DNA of 64,000 nt from NCBI GenBank assembly GCA_003484955.1, contig DMZH01000001.1:87848-151847 (forward strand), in the 5' to 3' direction. Origin of the DNA: Candidatus Woesebacteria bacterium. GTDB taxonomy: Bacteria; Patescibacteriota; Microgenomatia; UBA8517. A model generated the notes under the pieces. That model made no database searches. It saw nothing but the letters and a program-made list of their open reading frames with translations, and was not told where the DNA came from. Made by a program: the position numbers and the translations under genes. Each line of letters starts with the position of its first letter. The stretch's first letter is position 1. Shown here piece after piece: positions 19,802 through 29,939 of the stretch.

Positions 19802-20005
19802 CTAATCAACTTCTTCAAGAAGTGCTCTTCTATATTTATCAATTTTGAGATCGTGAATAAAAATTCTCCCACACTTGATGCAGGTTACTTGTTCACCATA
19901 CTTCGTCCCTTTTTTCTTCCCCTCAGTAAGGGGAGTTCCACAACCGACACACCTTCCTTGAGAAAGGAGCCAAGCCTGCATCGGAGCAATTATACTTTTA
20001 AACAT
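19802..20005 (-). CDS. Small zinc-ribbon protein (start revised to ATG 20005)
   Basis: CVGC..CIKC pair; TGnTATACT lies 9 nt upstream of ATG 20005. Confidence 0.7.
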   Translation of the reverse strand: MFKSIIAPMQAWLLSQGRCVGCGTPLTEGKKKGTKYGEQVTCIKCGRIFIHDLKIDKYRRALLEEVD

Positions 20006-20043
20006 TCTTACTAAAGTATACCATGAAAATCGACCAGTCAAGG

Positions 20044-20424
20044 TTAATTGTCCAGATAGTTCTGAAGCATTATACAGGCAGCGTAAGCATCTTCCATTTC
20101 ATGGCGTTTTTTTTGAGAGATACCGGCTTCACGACTCATTCTCTGTGCATCCTGTGTGGAAAGTGTTTCATCGGCCAGAATAATGGTTGATTGGATTAAT
20201 GGCTGAATAGAAGAAGCAAACTTTTTAGACTCCTCTCCAATTTTACCCTCTGAAACTCCCACCACAATTTTTTCGATATTATTATCTTTAATTATTTTTT
20301 GCAATTTTTCCATAAGTATCTTTGTATTCGAGTATCGAATCACCTGCATTGGCTCCGCCAAAGGTCCATCCGCAATCGCAACTCCAATCTTACTTCTTCC
20401 ATAATCAATTCCAAGTATCTTCAT
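20044..20424 (-). CDS. ruvX: YqgF/RuvX family nuclease (pre-16S rRNA nuclease / resolvase-like)
   Basis: ILGIDYG..KIGVA, IVVG, DETLST, DAYAA..MLQNYL. Confidence 0.92.
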   Translation of the reverse strand: MKILGIDYGRSKIGVAIADGPLAEPMQVIRYSNTKILMEKLQKIIKDNNIEKIVVGVSEGKIGEESKKFASSIQPLIQSTIILADETLSTQDAQRMSREAGISQKKRHEMEDAYAACIMLQNYLDN

Positions 20425-21113
20425 TTTTCGTCGGGAGGAACAATTCTTGCCCTAACAATTAATCTTTTTGGATATGTTGGGTCTCCCGGCGGGACACAGG
20501 TAACCAAAGTTATAAACGAATCACTCGAATCCTGATCCAAAACCTGGATGTCTGTAGGAAGCACTTCAAACATTTCCTCAACTTTGTAAGTATAGGAAAC
20601 ATCATCGTAATTTATAAATACAAGATCTCCCTTTTTCAAGGTCGGAAGCATTGTAAAAATTGAGATGTAGTTTTTGGGGTTATTAAAAATTGGCAAAATG
20701 GAATGTCCGAAAATTACGGCATTTCCACGTTTTCCGGGCAATGCCGTACCGGGATATTGAATCAAGCTTTTAGAAAGATCTTCTCCCCCAATCGCGACCG
20801 TAGCCGAATCGATCCTTAGTTTCGGAATAGAAATTGTATAATAAGAAACTTCCGCGGCAGAAAAATCTTCTTGGGAAGCACCCCCGGTAAACCAATTACT
20901 AGCTTTTGTATTATCAAACTTCCCTTTGGTTGAATTTGTCAACACTTCCTGAACCTGACTTCCTGGATCGGCTAGTGGTGAAATAAACTTTGTATAGTTT
21001 CTGGAATAAACAGCATCATAGCTGGCAATCGGATAGATAACCCCCACCAAAATAATTATCCCCGAAATTCCTGAGATAAGGGCAGATAGACGTAAAACCA
21101 TTTTTTGAGTCAT
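20421..21113 (-). CDS. Sortase (N-terminal membrane anchor)
   Basis: ISIPKL, PG..GNAVIFGH (His), ITLVTC (Cys), RLIVRA (Arg) catalytic triad. Start is probably ATG 21113, with TAGAAT 8 nt upstream. Confidence 0.93.
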   Translation of the reverse strand: MTQKMVLRLSALISGISGIIILVGVIYPIASYDAVYSRNYTKFISPLADPGSQVQEVLTNSTKGKFDNTKASNWFTGGASQEDFSAAEVSYYTISIPKLRIDSATVAIGGEDLSKSLIQYPGTALPGKRGNAVIFGHSILPIFNNPKNYISIFTMLPTLKKGDLVFINYDDVSYTYKVEEMFEVLPTDIQVLDQDSSDSFITLVTCVPPGDPTYPKRLIVRARIVPPDEK

Positions 21114-21144
21114 ATTGATCAATTCTACTATATAAACGGGGAAA

Positions 21145-23361
21145 TTATTCGGGTTTAACGTCTATCGAAATATTTTTTGCAATCCTGGGGATAGTTTTTA
21201 AAGGATCCGGGAATTTTATCCGTAAAAGCACATCTGCATGGTCAAATCCGGGAATCGAATTTAGGTAATCTATAGCGACGGTTGGGGTTTTTCCCAGGAT
21301 TACACTTTTAATTTTCTCTTTATCAACTTCCGGTAGAAAGTTGCCTCCAACAACGACATCATATATATATCTGCCGCCTGTATCACCACCGGCAAGAGTA
21401 AATTTGAAATTTATCTGATCTTCGGAAAGTGTATATCCAGACGGAGCTTTGCCGGCAAGAACACCCTTGGCATATTCTAAAAGTTTGGCTCTGTCGGCAG
21501 CAAGTCCTGTTGCACTTAGAGACAATGAAAGTTTAAGGCTATCGGCCGGGTCCCCTATTTTGTGATCAAAATTTTCACTTATGGTTTCAAGTACCGCCAA
21601 ATCAGTTATGAAAATATATTCCTCTGTTATTTTTGCCAACAAATTAGACTTCACGCTTTGACCAAGTTCACTTTTAAGATCAGTTTCCAGCCTCGTTTGA
21701 TCATCCTGCCCCACCGCAGAAATTTGTTGACTGCTTCCTCCGCTAAAATCTCCCGTAGAGGTTGCAGCAACCAAAGCTTTGGAATAATTTCCAACGCTGA
21801 AAACTTCATCCTTAGCCAGGTTGTATTGGGAACCGATATCGACTGATGATATATTTACCGTCGCTGTTCCGGGAGAACCGGGCAAAAGCTGTCCTGATAC
21901 AGATGCCTCCGAACTCGTTACAAATTTAAAACCCGACGAAGAAGTTAGGACCGTTCCTGCCGCCAAATTTATTGCTGCTCCGTTTCCATTGGCAATTTGT
22001 ACACTCCCGGTCGCTTTATTTCCGATAAGCTTTGTGCCAGTTGTTGATTTTGTCTTTTCTCCTGAAACCTGATCGGTCAGAACTTTGGCCGGAAGAACCC
22101 CGGCTGCCGCATCAAATTGCCCATCTGTGCTAAACGAAATTTGCACATTTTCTTCAGTTCTTTTTGGCGCAACAAAGATTGTTATTTTAGCTGTTTGCAC
22201 AAACCACCACAAAATCCCGACGGCAAGGACCAACAACCCCAATATTGCCAAAACTGCAACTAAAGTTTTATTTTTACTGGGAGAACCAGAGATTGACTTG
22301 GGGAAAATTTTTGCCGAAAAAGAATGAAATAAATTTTTGGACCTGGATAGGTAATCTCCTGCTATTCTCATTGGGTTTGGTTTATCAATATTAGTCATCT
22401 GGGATGGGACGGGTTGTGGCACCACTGGACCGGATGTTTCAATCGAAACAATATTCTGGACATCCTCTTTTTTCATTGAAGAAACATCCGCTCCAACCGC
22501 AAACCCCAAATTTTCGGCCAGAATTGGCTTTGGTTCTTCACTGGCCCCTTTTTCGGGACTTTCCTTTTCGACTAACTCATTTTCCTCATCATCCTGACCG
22601 CTTACAACAGCCGTCACTTCTCCAATTTCAGCTCCGCCAGCCAAAGCAGTTGCTAAAACTTTTCCATCCATGCTTAATATTTCGACCTGTGGGGTATGTA
22701 AAAAGTTTATTTTCCCTTCACCCCAGCTGGCTTGAATTAAAATTTGTTTCGTTTCCTCTAAATCCCCTTCCTTACCGTCATAGACAATAAATCGTGTGGG
22801 CAGAGGTGCCACTCCGTCAAATCTGGAAAGACCCTCAACAACATCATCAACCAAGGAAACGCTCCTTGAAACTTCAGTCGTTCCTACAAGGCTTCCTAAT
22901 TTGAATACTGAAAGTTCAAGGTTATCGCCACTCGATTTAAGAACGATTGCGTTGAGGGGAGCTCCTTCTTCAGATTTATAAAGATGGGCAATTGCCTCCG
23001 GTAAAACTACAAAACCTACCGGCGTTAAAGAAAGCTCTGCACAAAGTTTTTTAATTTTTCCTAAATTCTCCGGTGAAATTTCACCTTCTTTTACCCAAGA
23101 AGTCGAAACTCCAAAAACGGTTTTTTGAGGTTCCGGATAATCTTCAGGAAGTTTCTGGATTGCAGAGGAAAGAGCGGCGTCGGTTGCCTCAATTAGTTCT
23201 TCTTCGCTTTCCCAGGGAATACCTGCACCTATACTGACAACTTCAGCTGTGGTATCTCCTATGTACCAAATACCAGATTGCACCAATCCTTCTTCTATAA
23301 CAAGTGCCCAGAAAAGTTCCGGGTGACTATCTTTATTTATTAAAAAATCTTTTAAGTTCAT
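21145..23361 (-). CDS. Bitopic protein: degenerate FtsA/PilM-like N-terminal domain + TM + baseplate-J-like C-terminal region
   Basis: N-terminal strand/helix pattern like ASKHA proteins; TM at about aa 367-387; TG....G.KATG.V...N......L.AGT.L.....F.T and G.QYNL motifs typical of baseplate J/gp47-like proteins. Confidence 0.65.
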   Translation of the reverse strand: MNLKDFLINKDSHPELFWALVIEEGLVQSGIWYIGDTTAEVVSIGAGIPWESEEELIEATDAALSSAIQKLPEDYPEPQKTVFGVSTSWVKEGEISPENLGKIKKLCAELSLTPVGFVVLPEAIAHLYKSEEGAPLNAIVLKSSGDNLELSVFKLGSLVGTTEVSRSVSLVDDVVEGLSRFDGVAPLPTRFIVYDGKEGDLEETKQILIQASWGEGKINFLHTPQVEILSMDGKVLATALAGGAEIGEVTAVVSGQDDEENELVEKESPEKGASEEPKPILAENLGFAVGADVSSMKKEDVQNIVSIETSGPVVPQPVPSQMTNIDKPNPMRIAGDYLSRSKNLFHSFSAKIFPKSISGSPSKNKTLVAVLAILGLLVLAVGILWWFVQTAKITIFVAPKRTEENVQISFSTDGQFDAAAGVLPAKVLTDQVSGEKTKSTTGTKLIGNKATGSVQIANGNGAAINLAAGTVLTSSSGFKFVTSSEASVSGQLLPGSPGTATVNISSVDIGSQYNLAKDEVFSVGNYSKALVAATSTGDFSGGSSQQISAVGQDDQTRLETDLKSELGQSVKSNLLAKITEEYIFITDLAVLETISENFDHKIGDPADSLKLSLSLSATGLAADRAKLLEYAKGVLAGKAPSGYTLSEDQINFKFTLAGGDTGGRYIYDVVVGGNFLPEVDKEKIKSVILGKTPTVAIDYLNSIPGFDHADVLLRIKFPDPLKTIPRIAKNISIDVKPE

Positions 23362-23421
23362 AAAAAATGGGGTAGGCAGTCAGTGGTGTGTAGTGAGATC
23401 GCACTACTCACACCTCACAAC

Positions 23422-25230
23422 CTATCCTAATGTAGCATATATTCTTATAATTCCGGATCCGATTTTTTCCTGTTTAGTTATTTTAACACCACCAATCTCT
23501 CCTGTGTGGTCTACATGGGGACCTCCGCACACTTCTTTTGAAAACCAAATTCCATTCGGGTCTCCAATTATATAAACCTTAACTTCATTGCCATACTTTT
23601 CCGCAAAAAAATGCATTGCCCCCTCTTTAATTGCCTGATCTAAACTCATGGCTTTAGGTGTAACCTGCAAATTCTCTTTGATCTTAAGGTTAATTAAACC
23701 CTCGACTCTATCCATTTCTTCGTCTGTGAGTTTTTGTGCGTGAGAGAAGTCAAAACGCAGGCGTTCTGGTGTAATATGACTTCCCTTTTGCCCAACATGT
23801 TCTCCCAAAACCTGTCTTAGTGCAGCATGCAAAAGGTGAGTTGCTGTATGAAGTTTTGTCGTAACAACAGACGCCTCGGCAAGTCCGCCTTTAAACATCC
23901 CCGCCGAAGCACTGCGTGATGACTCTTTGTGCTTTTCAAATTCAGATTCAAAAGCGTTTTTCTCTTCAGTTGAAAACACTATCCCATTCTGCTTAAGAAT
24001 TTCCATTGTGAGCTCCAATGGAAACCCTTCCGTTTGGTAAAGATCAAAAGCAAATTCGCCGTTTATCACCTTCCCTTCGGAAACAGATTTTGTCAGCTTT
24101 GCCAAACCTCTTTTAAGAGCAGCTTCAAAACGGGTAGCCTCTGAGGTCAAGTTTTCCTCAACAAGCTCCCAGTTCTTATCAACGTTCGGATAAAACCTTC
24201 TATAGTCCTCCGCCATATGGGAAATCGCTCCACCTGAAATTCCGCTTCCCAGGAGGTGAAAATGAAACATTGACCTTCGAATTAATCTTCTAAGCGCATA
24301 ACCATGAAGTTTACTTCCTGGAATTACACCCTCACTAAGTAAATTCACAGACGTTCTCAAATGATCGGCAATAATACGGAAGCTTTTATCTTTTATGGAA
24401 TCCGAGTTGTACTCAATTCCTGTTTCTTTCTCAATTTTTTTTATGATGCCGGAGAACATGTCTATATGAAAAACATCGGGATCGTCAAGAATTGCGGCCG
24501 CGATTCTTTCAAGACCGCCGCCAAAATCAACATTTTTTTGAGGTAATTCAATTAATTCCCCGTTTTCAGTTTTTTGGTACTGCATAAAAACCGAGTTTCC
24601 GATTTCTAAAAATTTTCCGCAGTCGCAATTAGGGTGACAAAATTTCCCAAATTCAGACCGGTGATCAACCGAATCGAACTCATAAAAAATCTCACTATCC
24701 GGTCCGCCAATTTCTCCCGGAGGCATTTGATCGGGAGTTCCGGCACGACTCCACCAATTTTTTTCGGCATCATAAAAATGAATATGACTCTCGGAAACTC
24801 CAATTTTCTTCCAAATTTCAAAAGACTCCGTATCTTTAGGAACTCCTCCCCCTCCGCCAAAAACACTAACATAAAGCTTCTCTGGGGGTAACCCTAACTC
24901 TTTTGTATAAAATTCCCAAACAAAACCGAGTTGATCTTTTTTAAAATAATCTCCAAGACTCCAGTTGCCCAACATTTCGAAAAAACTAAAATGACGATTG
25001 TCTGCAACTTCATCAAGATCCTGCATACGAATAGACGGTTGAATATCAACAAGCTTTTTTCCTTTCGAATGTTTCTCGCCTTTGAGATAAGGGGCAAGCT
25101 GCTGCATTCCACTACTCGTAAACAGGGTTGTTGGATCCGAATCAATAACCAGTGGGGATGGAGTAATCTCTATATGTCCCTTCTTTTTAAAGAAATCTAG
25201 ATATTTTTCCCTAATCTCATCTGTACCCAT
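23422..25230 (-). CDS. alaS: Alanine--tRNA ligase, short form (no C-Ala domain)
   Basis: DPTTLFTSSGMQ, FEMLGNWSLGDYFK, VDFGGGLER, editing motifs HTATHLL and CGGPH; ends directly after the editing domain. Confidence 0.96.
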   Translation of the reverse strand: MGTDEIREKYLDFFKKKGHIEITPSPLVIDSDPTTLFTSSGMQQLAPYLKGEKHSKGKKLVDIQPSIRMQDLDEVADNRHFSFFEMLGNWSLGDYFKKDQLGFVWEFYTKELGLPPEKLYVSVFGGGGGVPKDTESFEIWKKIGVSESHIHFYDAEKNWWSRAGTPDQMPPGEIGGPDSEIFYEFDSVDHRSEFGKFCHPNCDCGKFLEIGNSVFMQYQKTENGELIELPQKNVDFGGGLERIAAAILDDPDVFHIDMFSGIIKKIEKETGIEYNSDSIKDKSFRIIADHLRTSVNLLSEGVIPGSKLHGYALRRLIRRSMFHFHLLGSGISGGAISHMAEDYRRFYPNVDKNWELVEENLTSEATRFEAALKRGLAKLTKSVSEGKVINGEFAFDLYQTEGFPLELTMEILKQNGIVFSTEEKNAFESEFEKHKESSRSASAGMFKGGLAEASVVTTKLHTATHLLHAALRQVLGEHVGQKGSHITPERLRFDFSHAQKLTDEEMDRVEGLINLKIKENLQVTPKAMSLDQAIKEGAMHFFAEKYGNEVKVYIIGDPNGIWFSKEVCGGPHVDHTGEIGGVKITKQEKIGSGIIRIYATLG

Positions 25231-25248
25231 GGCTAAAGTATATCATTT

Positions 25249-25482
25249 TTAGCCACCGTGAGTTTCAGGTTTTTTCCCCTTGTGAAGAATTTCCATTACG
25301 GAAGTCAGTTTGTCCGGTCTGATCAAACCTCCACCTAGAATTGAATCTTCCAAAATACTATTTAATCTTTTAACGGCACGTCTCAGGTCAATAATAATAA
25401 GCATCACTTGAATTCCGACCACAACAAGTAAAATCGTAAGACTAACCACAACTACGATTAAAAGTGTTTGAACAGAATCCAT
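25249..25482 (-). CDS. Small single-pass membrane protein
   Basis: Long N-terminal hydrophobic helix then an amphipathic segment; co-oriented within the operon. Confidence 0.65.
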   Translation of the reverse strand: MDSVQTLLIVVVVSLTILLVVVGIQVMLIIIDLRRAVKRLNSILEDSILGGGLIRPDKLTSVMEILHKGKKPETHGG

Positions 25483-25491
25483 AGGTTAAAG

Positions 25492-26118
25492 TTAATTATT
25501 TTGCACTTCTATTTTACGCTCTATAACTGTTTCTTTTCCAGATCTAGAAATTGCCTTTATGACGATTTTTGTTGTGTTTGGTGAAATCTCTATGTTCGTA
25601 GAGAATTTACCGTCTTTATCAACCAACACGGGTTGATTATCAACCGTAATTTTTACATCCGTTTCAGTTGACCCAAAAACCAATACAAAATCCCCGTCTA
25701 CCGCCTGCCCCTCGATCGGGCTAACAACCTCAATCCCAGGAGGCGATATAAATTTTACATATTGAAAAGTTAGATACCCTAGTATGATAAGAATTACTAA
25801 CCCGACACCTAGTATGAATGTAAGTTTGGGATTCCAACTTGGTTTTGACGAAATGTCGGGGTTGGGATTTATACTTATTTTCTTTGGGGGATAATCTCGT
25901 TTCAAAACCGCAACTGCCATTTTTTCATCAACATCAAGGGTTGCGGATATACTTTTAACAAACCCCAAAACTGTGGCAAAACCGGGAAGAGTCTGCCAAT
26001 TCTCATTCTCAATAGCAACTATAAAAGATGATTTTATTTTCGTAATTTCCTCCAATTTTTGATACGAATACCTTTTATTTGTACGGGCGTTCCCGAGAAT
26101 CTGACCAATCGTTTTCAT
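25492..26118 (-). CDS. RodZ-like protein (HTH + TM + Ig-like domain)
   Basis: TIGQIL..AR...S...L...TKI...I.AIE...LP...GFVK RodZ-type HTH; TM; lies downstream of ftsK. Confidence 0.8.
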   Translation of the reverse strand: MKTIGQILGNARTNKRYSYQKLEEITKIKSSFIVAIENENWQTLPGFATVLGFVKSISATLDVDEKMAVAVLKRDYPPKKISINPNPDISSKPSWNPKLTFILGVGLVILIILGYLTFQYVKFISPPGIEVVSPIEGQAVDGDFVLVFGSTETDVKITVDNQPVLVDKDGKFSTNIEISPNTTKIVIKAISRSGKETVIERKIEVQNN

Positions 26119-26131
26119 TTAAGTTATTATC

Positions 26132-28246
26132 TTATTGAGCGGGAGGATTTCCAAAGGAAGCCAAAAATTCGTCAGCGTTTTGAACCAACACTTCACGCGC
26201 CTTGCTTCCGCCGTCACTTGGTGCAATTACCCCTGCCCCTTCCAACTGATCAACAATTCTGGCTGCCCTTGCATAACCTATTGAAAGCCTTCTTTGTAAA
26301 AGTGATGCAGAGGCTCTGTCATATTGACAAACAACTTTCACCGCGTCTTTAAAGAGTTCGTCAACATTTCCACTAACACCCGGCACAGAAACAGTGCCCG
26401 CCTTCGCCATTGTGGTCACTTCATCCGTATACTGCGGGTTTACGCCCTGATTCTTAAGGAACGATGTCAGGTCTGCCACTTCTTTATCTCCAACAAATGC
26501 CCCTTGAATTCTAACAGGCTTGGCTTGCTCCGGAGGAAGATAAAGCATGTCTCCCTTACCCAAAAGTTTTTCGGCACCCTGCGTATCCAAAATAACCCTC
26601 GAGTCGACTTGGGAGGCAACGGCAAAGGCAATGCGCGATGGAACGTTAGCTTTGATAAGACCCGTAATAACATCAACTGACGGTCTTTGGGTTGCAAGTA
26701 CCATGTGAATTCCGGTAGCCCGGCTCATTTGGGCAATTCTGGTAATGGAGTCCTCGACCTCAACAGGCGAGAAAAGCATAATATCGGCAAGTTCATCGAT
26801 AAAAAGAAGAATATAGGGAAGAGCCTGAAATCCGGACATTTCATTATAAGAATCAATATTGCGAGCGCCTGCCTGGGCAAAAAGTTTATACCGCCTATCC
26901 ATCTCAGCCATAATCCAACGAAGCGCCGATATAACTTTATCCGGATCAACAATTACAGGCGAAAGTAAATGGGGAATTCCGTTGTAGCGCGTAAGCTCAA
27001 CTCTTTTAGGGTCAACCAAAATAAGTTTAACTTCTGTTGGAGCGGCCCTGAAAAGAAGCGACGCCAAAAACGCATTTATACAAACAGACTTTCCTGAACC
27101 GGTTTGACCGGCTATTAGGACATGTGGCATTTTTGCGATATCGGCAACAATGGGTTTACCGGATACATCAAGTCCTAAAGAAACTACGAGCTTGGATTTT
27201 GCGCTTTGCATTTCTTCAGATTCCAAAACCTTTCTAAGCGAAACAAACTCAGCAGAGCGGTTGGGTAATTCAATTCCCACTAAATTACGTCCCGGAATTG
27301 GAGCTTCAATTCTGATCGTTCCCGTCGGGGCAGAAAGGGCAAGTGCCAAATCTCGCTCAAGCGATGTAATTTTCGAAAGTTTTGTTCCAAGCGCAACTTC
27401 AATAGCATACTGCGTAACAGCAGGTCCCAAATTAACCTCAACCACACTTGCTGTAATTCCGAAAGATTCAAGCGTTTTTTCAATTGTTGCGGCATTACCC
27501 TTAATGTCGCCCCTATCTGCTTTTCCGCCATCAACATCACCAAGAAGGTCCATTCCCGGATATCTCCAGACAGTTTCTTCACCAGGAACATTGCTTACAA
27601 GTTTTTGTTCCAAAGGTTCCTTGGGAACTGATGACACACCGGGGGTACCTGGTTTTGCTGCACCGGATACAGTGAAAGCTCCTCCTCCGGAAACCCTCAT
27701 TTGACCTTTGGAAAGAGTCGCTCCTCCAACCTTTATTTGAGTCTTATCCCCATGGATATAAATCCCCACCTGCCTGGCAAACTCCTTAAAAAGTTTATAG
27801 ACCTGATCAATTGAAGTATTAAATAAAACAATCAGACCAATCATTCCCACACCCGTAAAAATAATGACTGCTCCTACCCCCATCACAAGAGCTGCGATTG
27901 AATCCCAAACCAAGCCTCCAGCAATACCGGCACGCCCCAGGGCCATAACCGAGATAAAGAAAAGAAGCCCTCCAACAATGACGTTTGGCTGACCCAAAAT
28001 AAATTTGACCTTTGACAGAAGAAAAGCGAATGATAGAAAAATAAAAGGTAAGAAAACCGATGACCAGGAAAAGTATTTAATTAAAATTTCATTAAATTTA
28101 AAAAGAATTGCACCCTGGCGGGAGAAAGAAACAAGGATAAGCCCCGCGATAGCAAAAAACACTATTTGGGAAATGGAGAAAATCGATTCTTTTTTAAGCT
28201 TTAATCTGAATGATTTTTTTGTAAATCTTTTTCTTCTCTTGGCCAT
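26132..28246 (-). CDS. ftsK: DNA translocase FtsK/SpoIIIE (start revised to ATG 28246)
   Basis: N-terminal TMs, PHVLIAGQTGSGKS, DELAD, ATQRPSVD, gamma domain LQRRLSIGYARAARI. Confidence 0.97.
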   Translation of the reverse strand: MAKRRKRFTKKSFRLKLKKESIFSISQIVFFAIAGLILVSFSRQGAILFKFNEILIKYFSWSSVFLPFIFLSFAFLLSKVKFILGQPNVIVGGLLFFISVMALGRAGIAGGLVWDSIAALVMGVGAVIIFTGVGMIGLIVLFNTSIDQVYKLFKEFARQVGIYIHGDKTQIKVGGATLSKGQMRVSGGGAFTVSGAAKPGTPGVSSVPKEPLEQKLVSNVPGEETVWRYPGMDLLGDVDGGKADRGDIKGNAATIEKTLESFGITASVVEVNLGPAVTQYAIEVALGTKLSKITSLERDLALALSAPTGTIRIEAPIPGRNLVGIELPNRSAEFVSLRKVLESEEMQSAKSKLVVSLGLDVSGKPIVADIAKMPHVLIAGQTGSGKSVCINAFLASLLFRAAPTEVKLILVDPKRVELTRYNGIPHLLSPVIVDPDKVISALRWIMAEMDRRYKLFAQAGARNIDSYNEMSGFQALPYILLFIDELADIMLFSPVEVEDSITRIAQMSRATGIHMVLATQRPSVDVITGLIKANVPSRIAFAVASQVDSRVILDTQGAEKLLGKGDMLYLPPEQAKPVRIQGAFVGDKEVADLTSFLKNQGVNPQYTDEVTTMAKAGTVSVPGVSGNVDELFKDAVKVVCQYDRASASLLQRRLSIGYARAARIVDQLEGAGVIAPSDGGSKAREVLVQNADEFLASFGNPPAQ

Positions 28247-28274
28247 ATTCAAACCATTGTATATCGAAGTGTAG

Positions 28275-29939
28275 TTAAACCTCAACAACAACAGGGAGAA
28301 TCATGGGGCGTCGCCCTGTTTTTTGATAAAAATATCGCTCCAAAAAATCAATTGCGATATTTTTGACAACATTTGCATTTATCGATTTCTTTTTTTGCAT
28401 CGCGCGAGCTAATTCTTTTGAAGCATCCTCTAAAATTCTGCCGTATTTCTGTTCAAAAACAAATCCACGGCTCATTATTTCGGGACTGTCTATAAGCACG
28501 CTTTCGTTTCTGTCAAAATGGATTATTGCAATTACAATTCCTTCTTTAGAAAGAATGTGTCTATCTCTTAATACAACGTTTCCCACATCTCCAATTCCAA
28601 GACCGTCCACCAAAACCTCTTTTACAGGAACTTTACCGACACGTCTTGCAGTTTGATTACCGAATTCAACAATCTCTCCGGGAAGAAGTTCTAAAACATT
28701 TTCTTCAGGAGCACCCATCCTTTCCGCAATAAGCCCGTAAGCTCTCATATGTCTTATGGTTCCTCCTATCGGAATGTAATATTTGGGTTTAGTAAGCGCA
28801 AAAAGTGTTTCAATATCTCCTATGCTTCCGTGCCCTGAAACATGAAGGTCTTCCTGCATGTCATAATAGTGAACGTCAACGTCGCCCTCGATAAGCTTGT
28901 CGACCAGAAAATCGACATTTGTCTTACTGCCGGGCGGGGCAGGATCGGAAGAAAATATAACAACATCCCCCTTGCCAATTGTCAGAAAATCATGTTCGCC
29001 CATGCAAAGCCTATAAAGTGCGCTTCCCGGTTGACCATAACTTCCGGAAATAATATATAAGACCTTATCCGGTGGAAGCCGAGATGCCTGTTTGGATTTA
29101 ACAACCAGATCGTTTGGATAAAAGAGATATCCAAGATCTTTGGCAATTTGCGCCTTTCTTTCGATTGAACGGCCAATAAGAACTACTTTTCTGCCAAGTT
29201 TTGCGGCAATATTAATTGTTTGCTGCATCCTACTAATATTGCTTGAAATTGTAGTTAAATAAATTTTACCCGTAACATTCTGGGCTATTGCCTCGATTCT
29301 CCCCTGAATTGAAAGCTCACTTTCCGTATAACCAGGTGTGTTGGCACCTAGCGCATCAGATGCCAAAGCTAAAGTTCCCTGTGAGGCAAGTGTGGCAACT
29401 TTGGCAACATCAAAAGGCCGCCCATCAACCGGTGTCCAGTCAAATTTATAATCCGGTACATGGAATATTTTTCCTTCGGGAGTATCTATACAAAATCCGA
29501 CCCCGTCCGGAACGGAATGGCTCACCCGAAATGGAGTGACTTTGAAAACTCCCAGAGTCAAAACATCCTTTTCAGGATCAAACACAGAGATCTTTGGGGA
29601 CTGGGTATCATAATCTTCAAATTTATCCTGAATAAATCCGCCTACAAGTTTCGTGGCGTAAATAGTCGTTTTTACATCTTTGAGAAGAAAGGGGAGTGCA
29701 CCAAGATGATCCTCATGCCCATGGGAAATTAAAATGCCTCTGAGTTTCGCCGCATTTTGCTTGATATAGGAGAAGTCCGGAATAACAAGATCGACTCCGA
29801 ACATCTCACTCTCCGGAAAACCAACACCACAATCCACAACAATCATATCGTTGCCGTATTCGTAAACGTATAAATTCTCTGTTACCCCGGTGGTGCCCGA
29901 AAGGGCTATGAATTTAAGGGCAGACATTTTATTAAACAA
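28275..29939 (-). CDS. rnj: Ribonuclease J
   Basis: VDCG, HGHEDHLG, SHSVPD, HVSGHG, RRPMILPVV. Confidence 0.96.
   Translation of the reverse strand: MFNKMSALKFIALSGTTGVTENLYVYEYGNDMIVVDCGVGFPESEMFGVDLVIPDFSYIKQNAAKLRGILISHGHEDHLGALPFLLKDVKTTIYATKLVGGFIQDKFEDYDTQSPKISVFDPEKDVLTLGVFKVTPFRVSHSVPDGVGFCIDTPEGKIFHVPDYKFDWTPVDGRPFDVAKVATLASQGTLALASDALGANTPGYTESELSIQGRIEAIAQNVTGKIYLTTISSNISRMQQTINIAAKLGRKVVLIGRSIERKAQIAKDLGYLFYPNDLVVKSKQASRLPPDKVLYIISGSYGQPGSALYRLCMGEHDFLTIGKGDVVIFSSDPAPPGSKTNVDFLVDKLIEGDVDVHYYDMQEDLHVSGHGSIGDIETLFALTKPKYYIPIGGTIRHMRAYGLIAERMGAPEENVLELLPGEIVEFGNQTARRVGKVPVKEVLVDGLGIGDVGNVVLRDRHILSKEGIVIAIIHFDRNESVLIDSPEIMSRGFVFEQKYGRILEDASKELARAMQKKKSINANVVKNIAIDFLERYFYQKTGRRPMILPVVVEV

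Noticed and set aside
21145-23361. Prophage or contractile injection system suggested by the baseplate-J-like domain
   Set aside because: No sheath, tube, spike, terminase or integrase genes nearby. The protein has a TM and sits among housekeeping genes.
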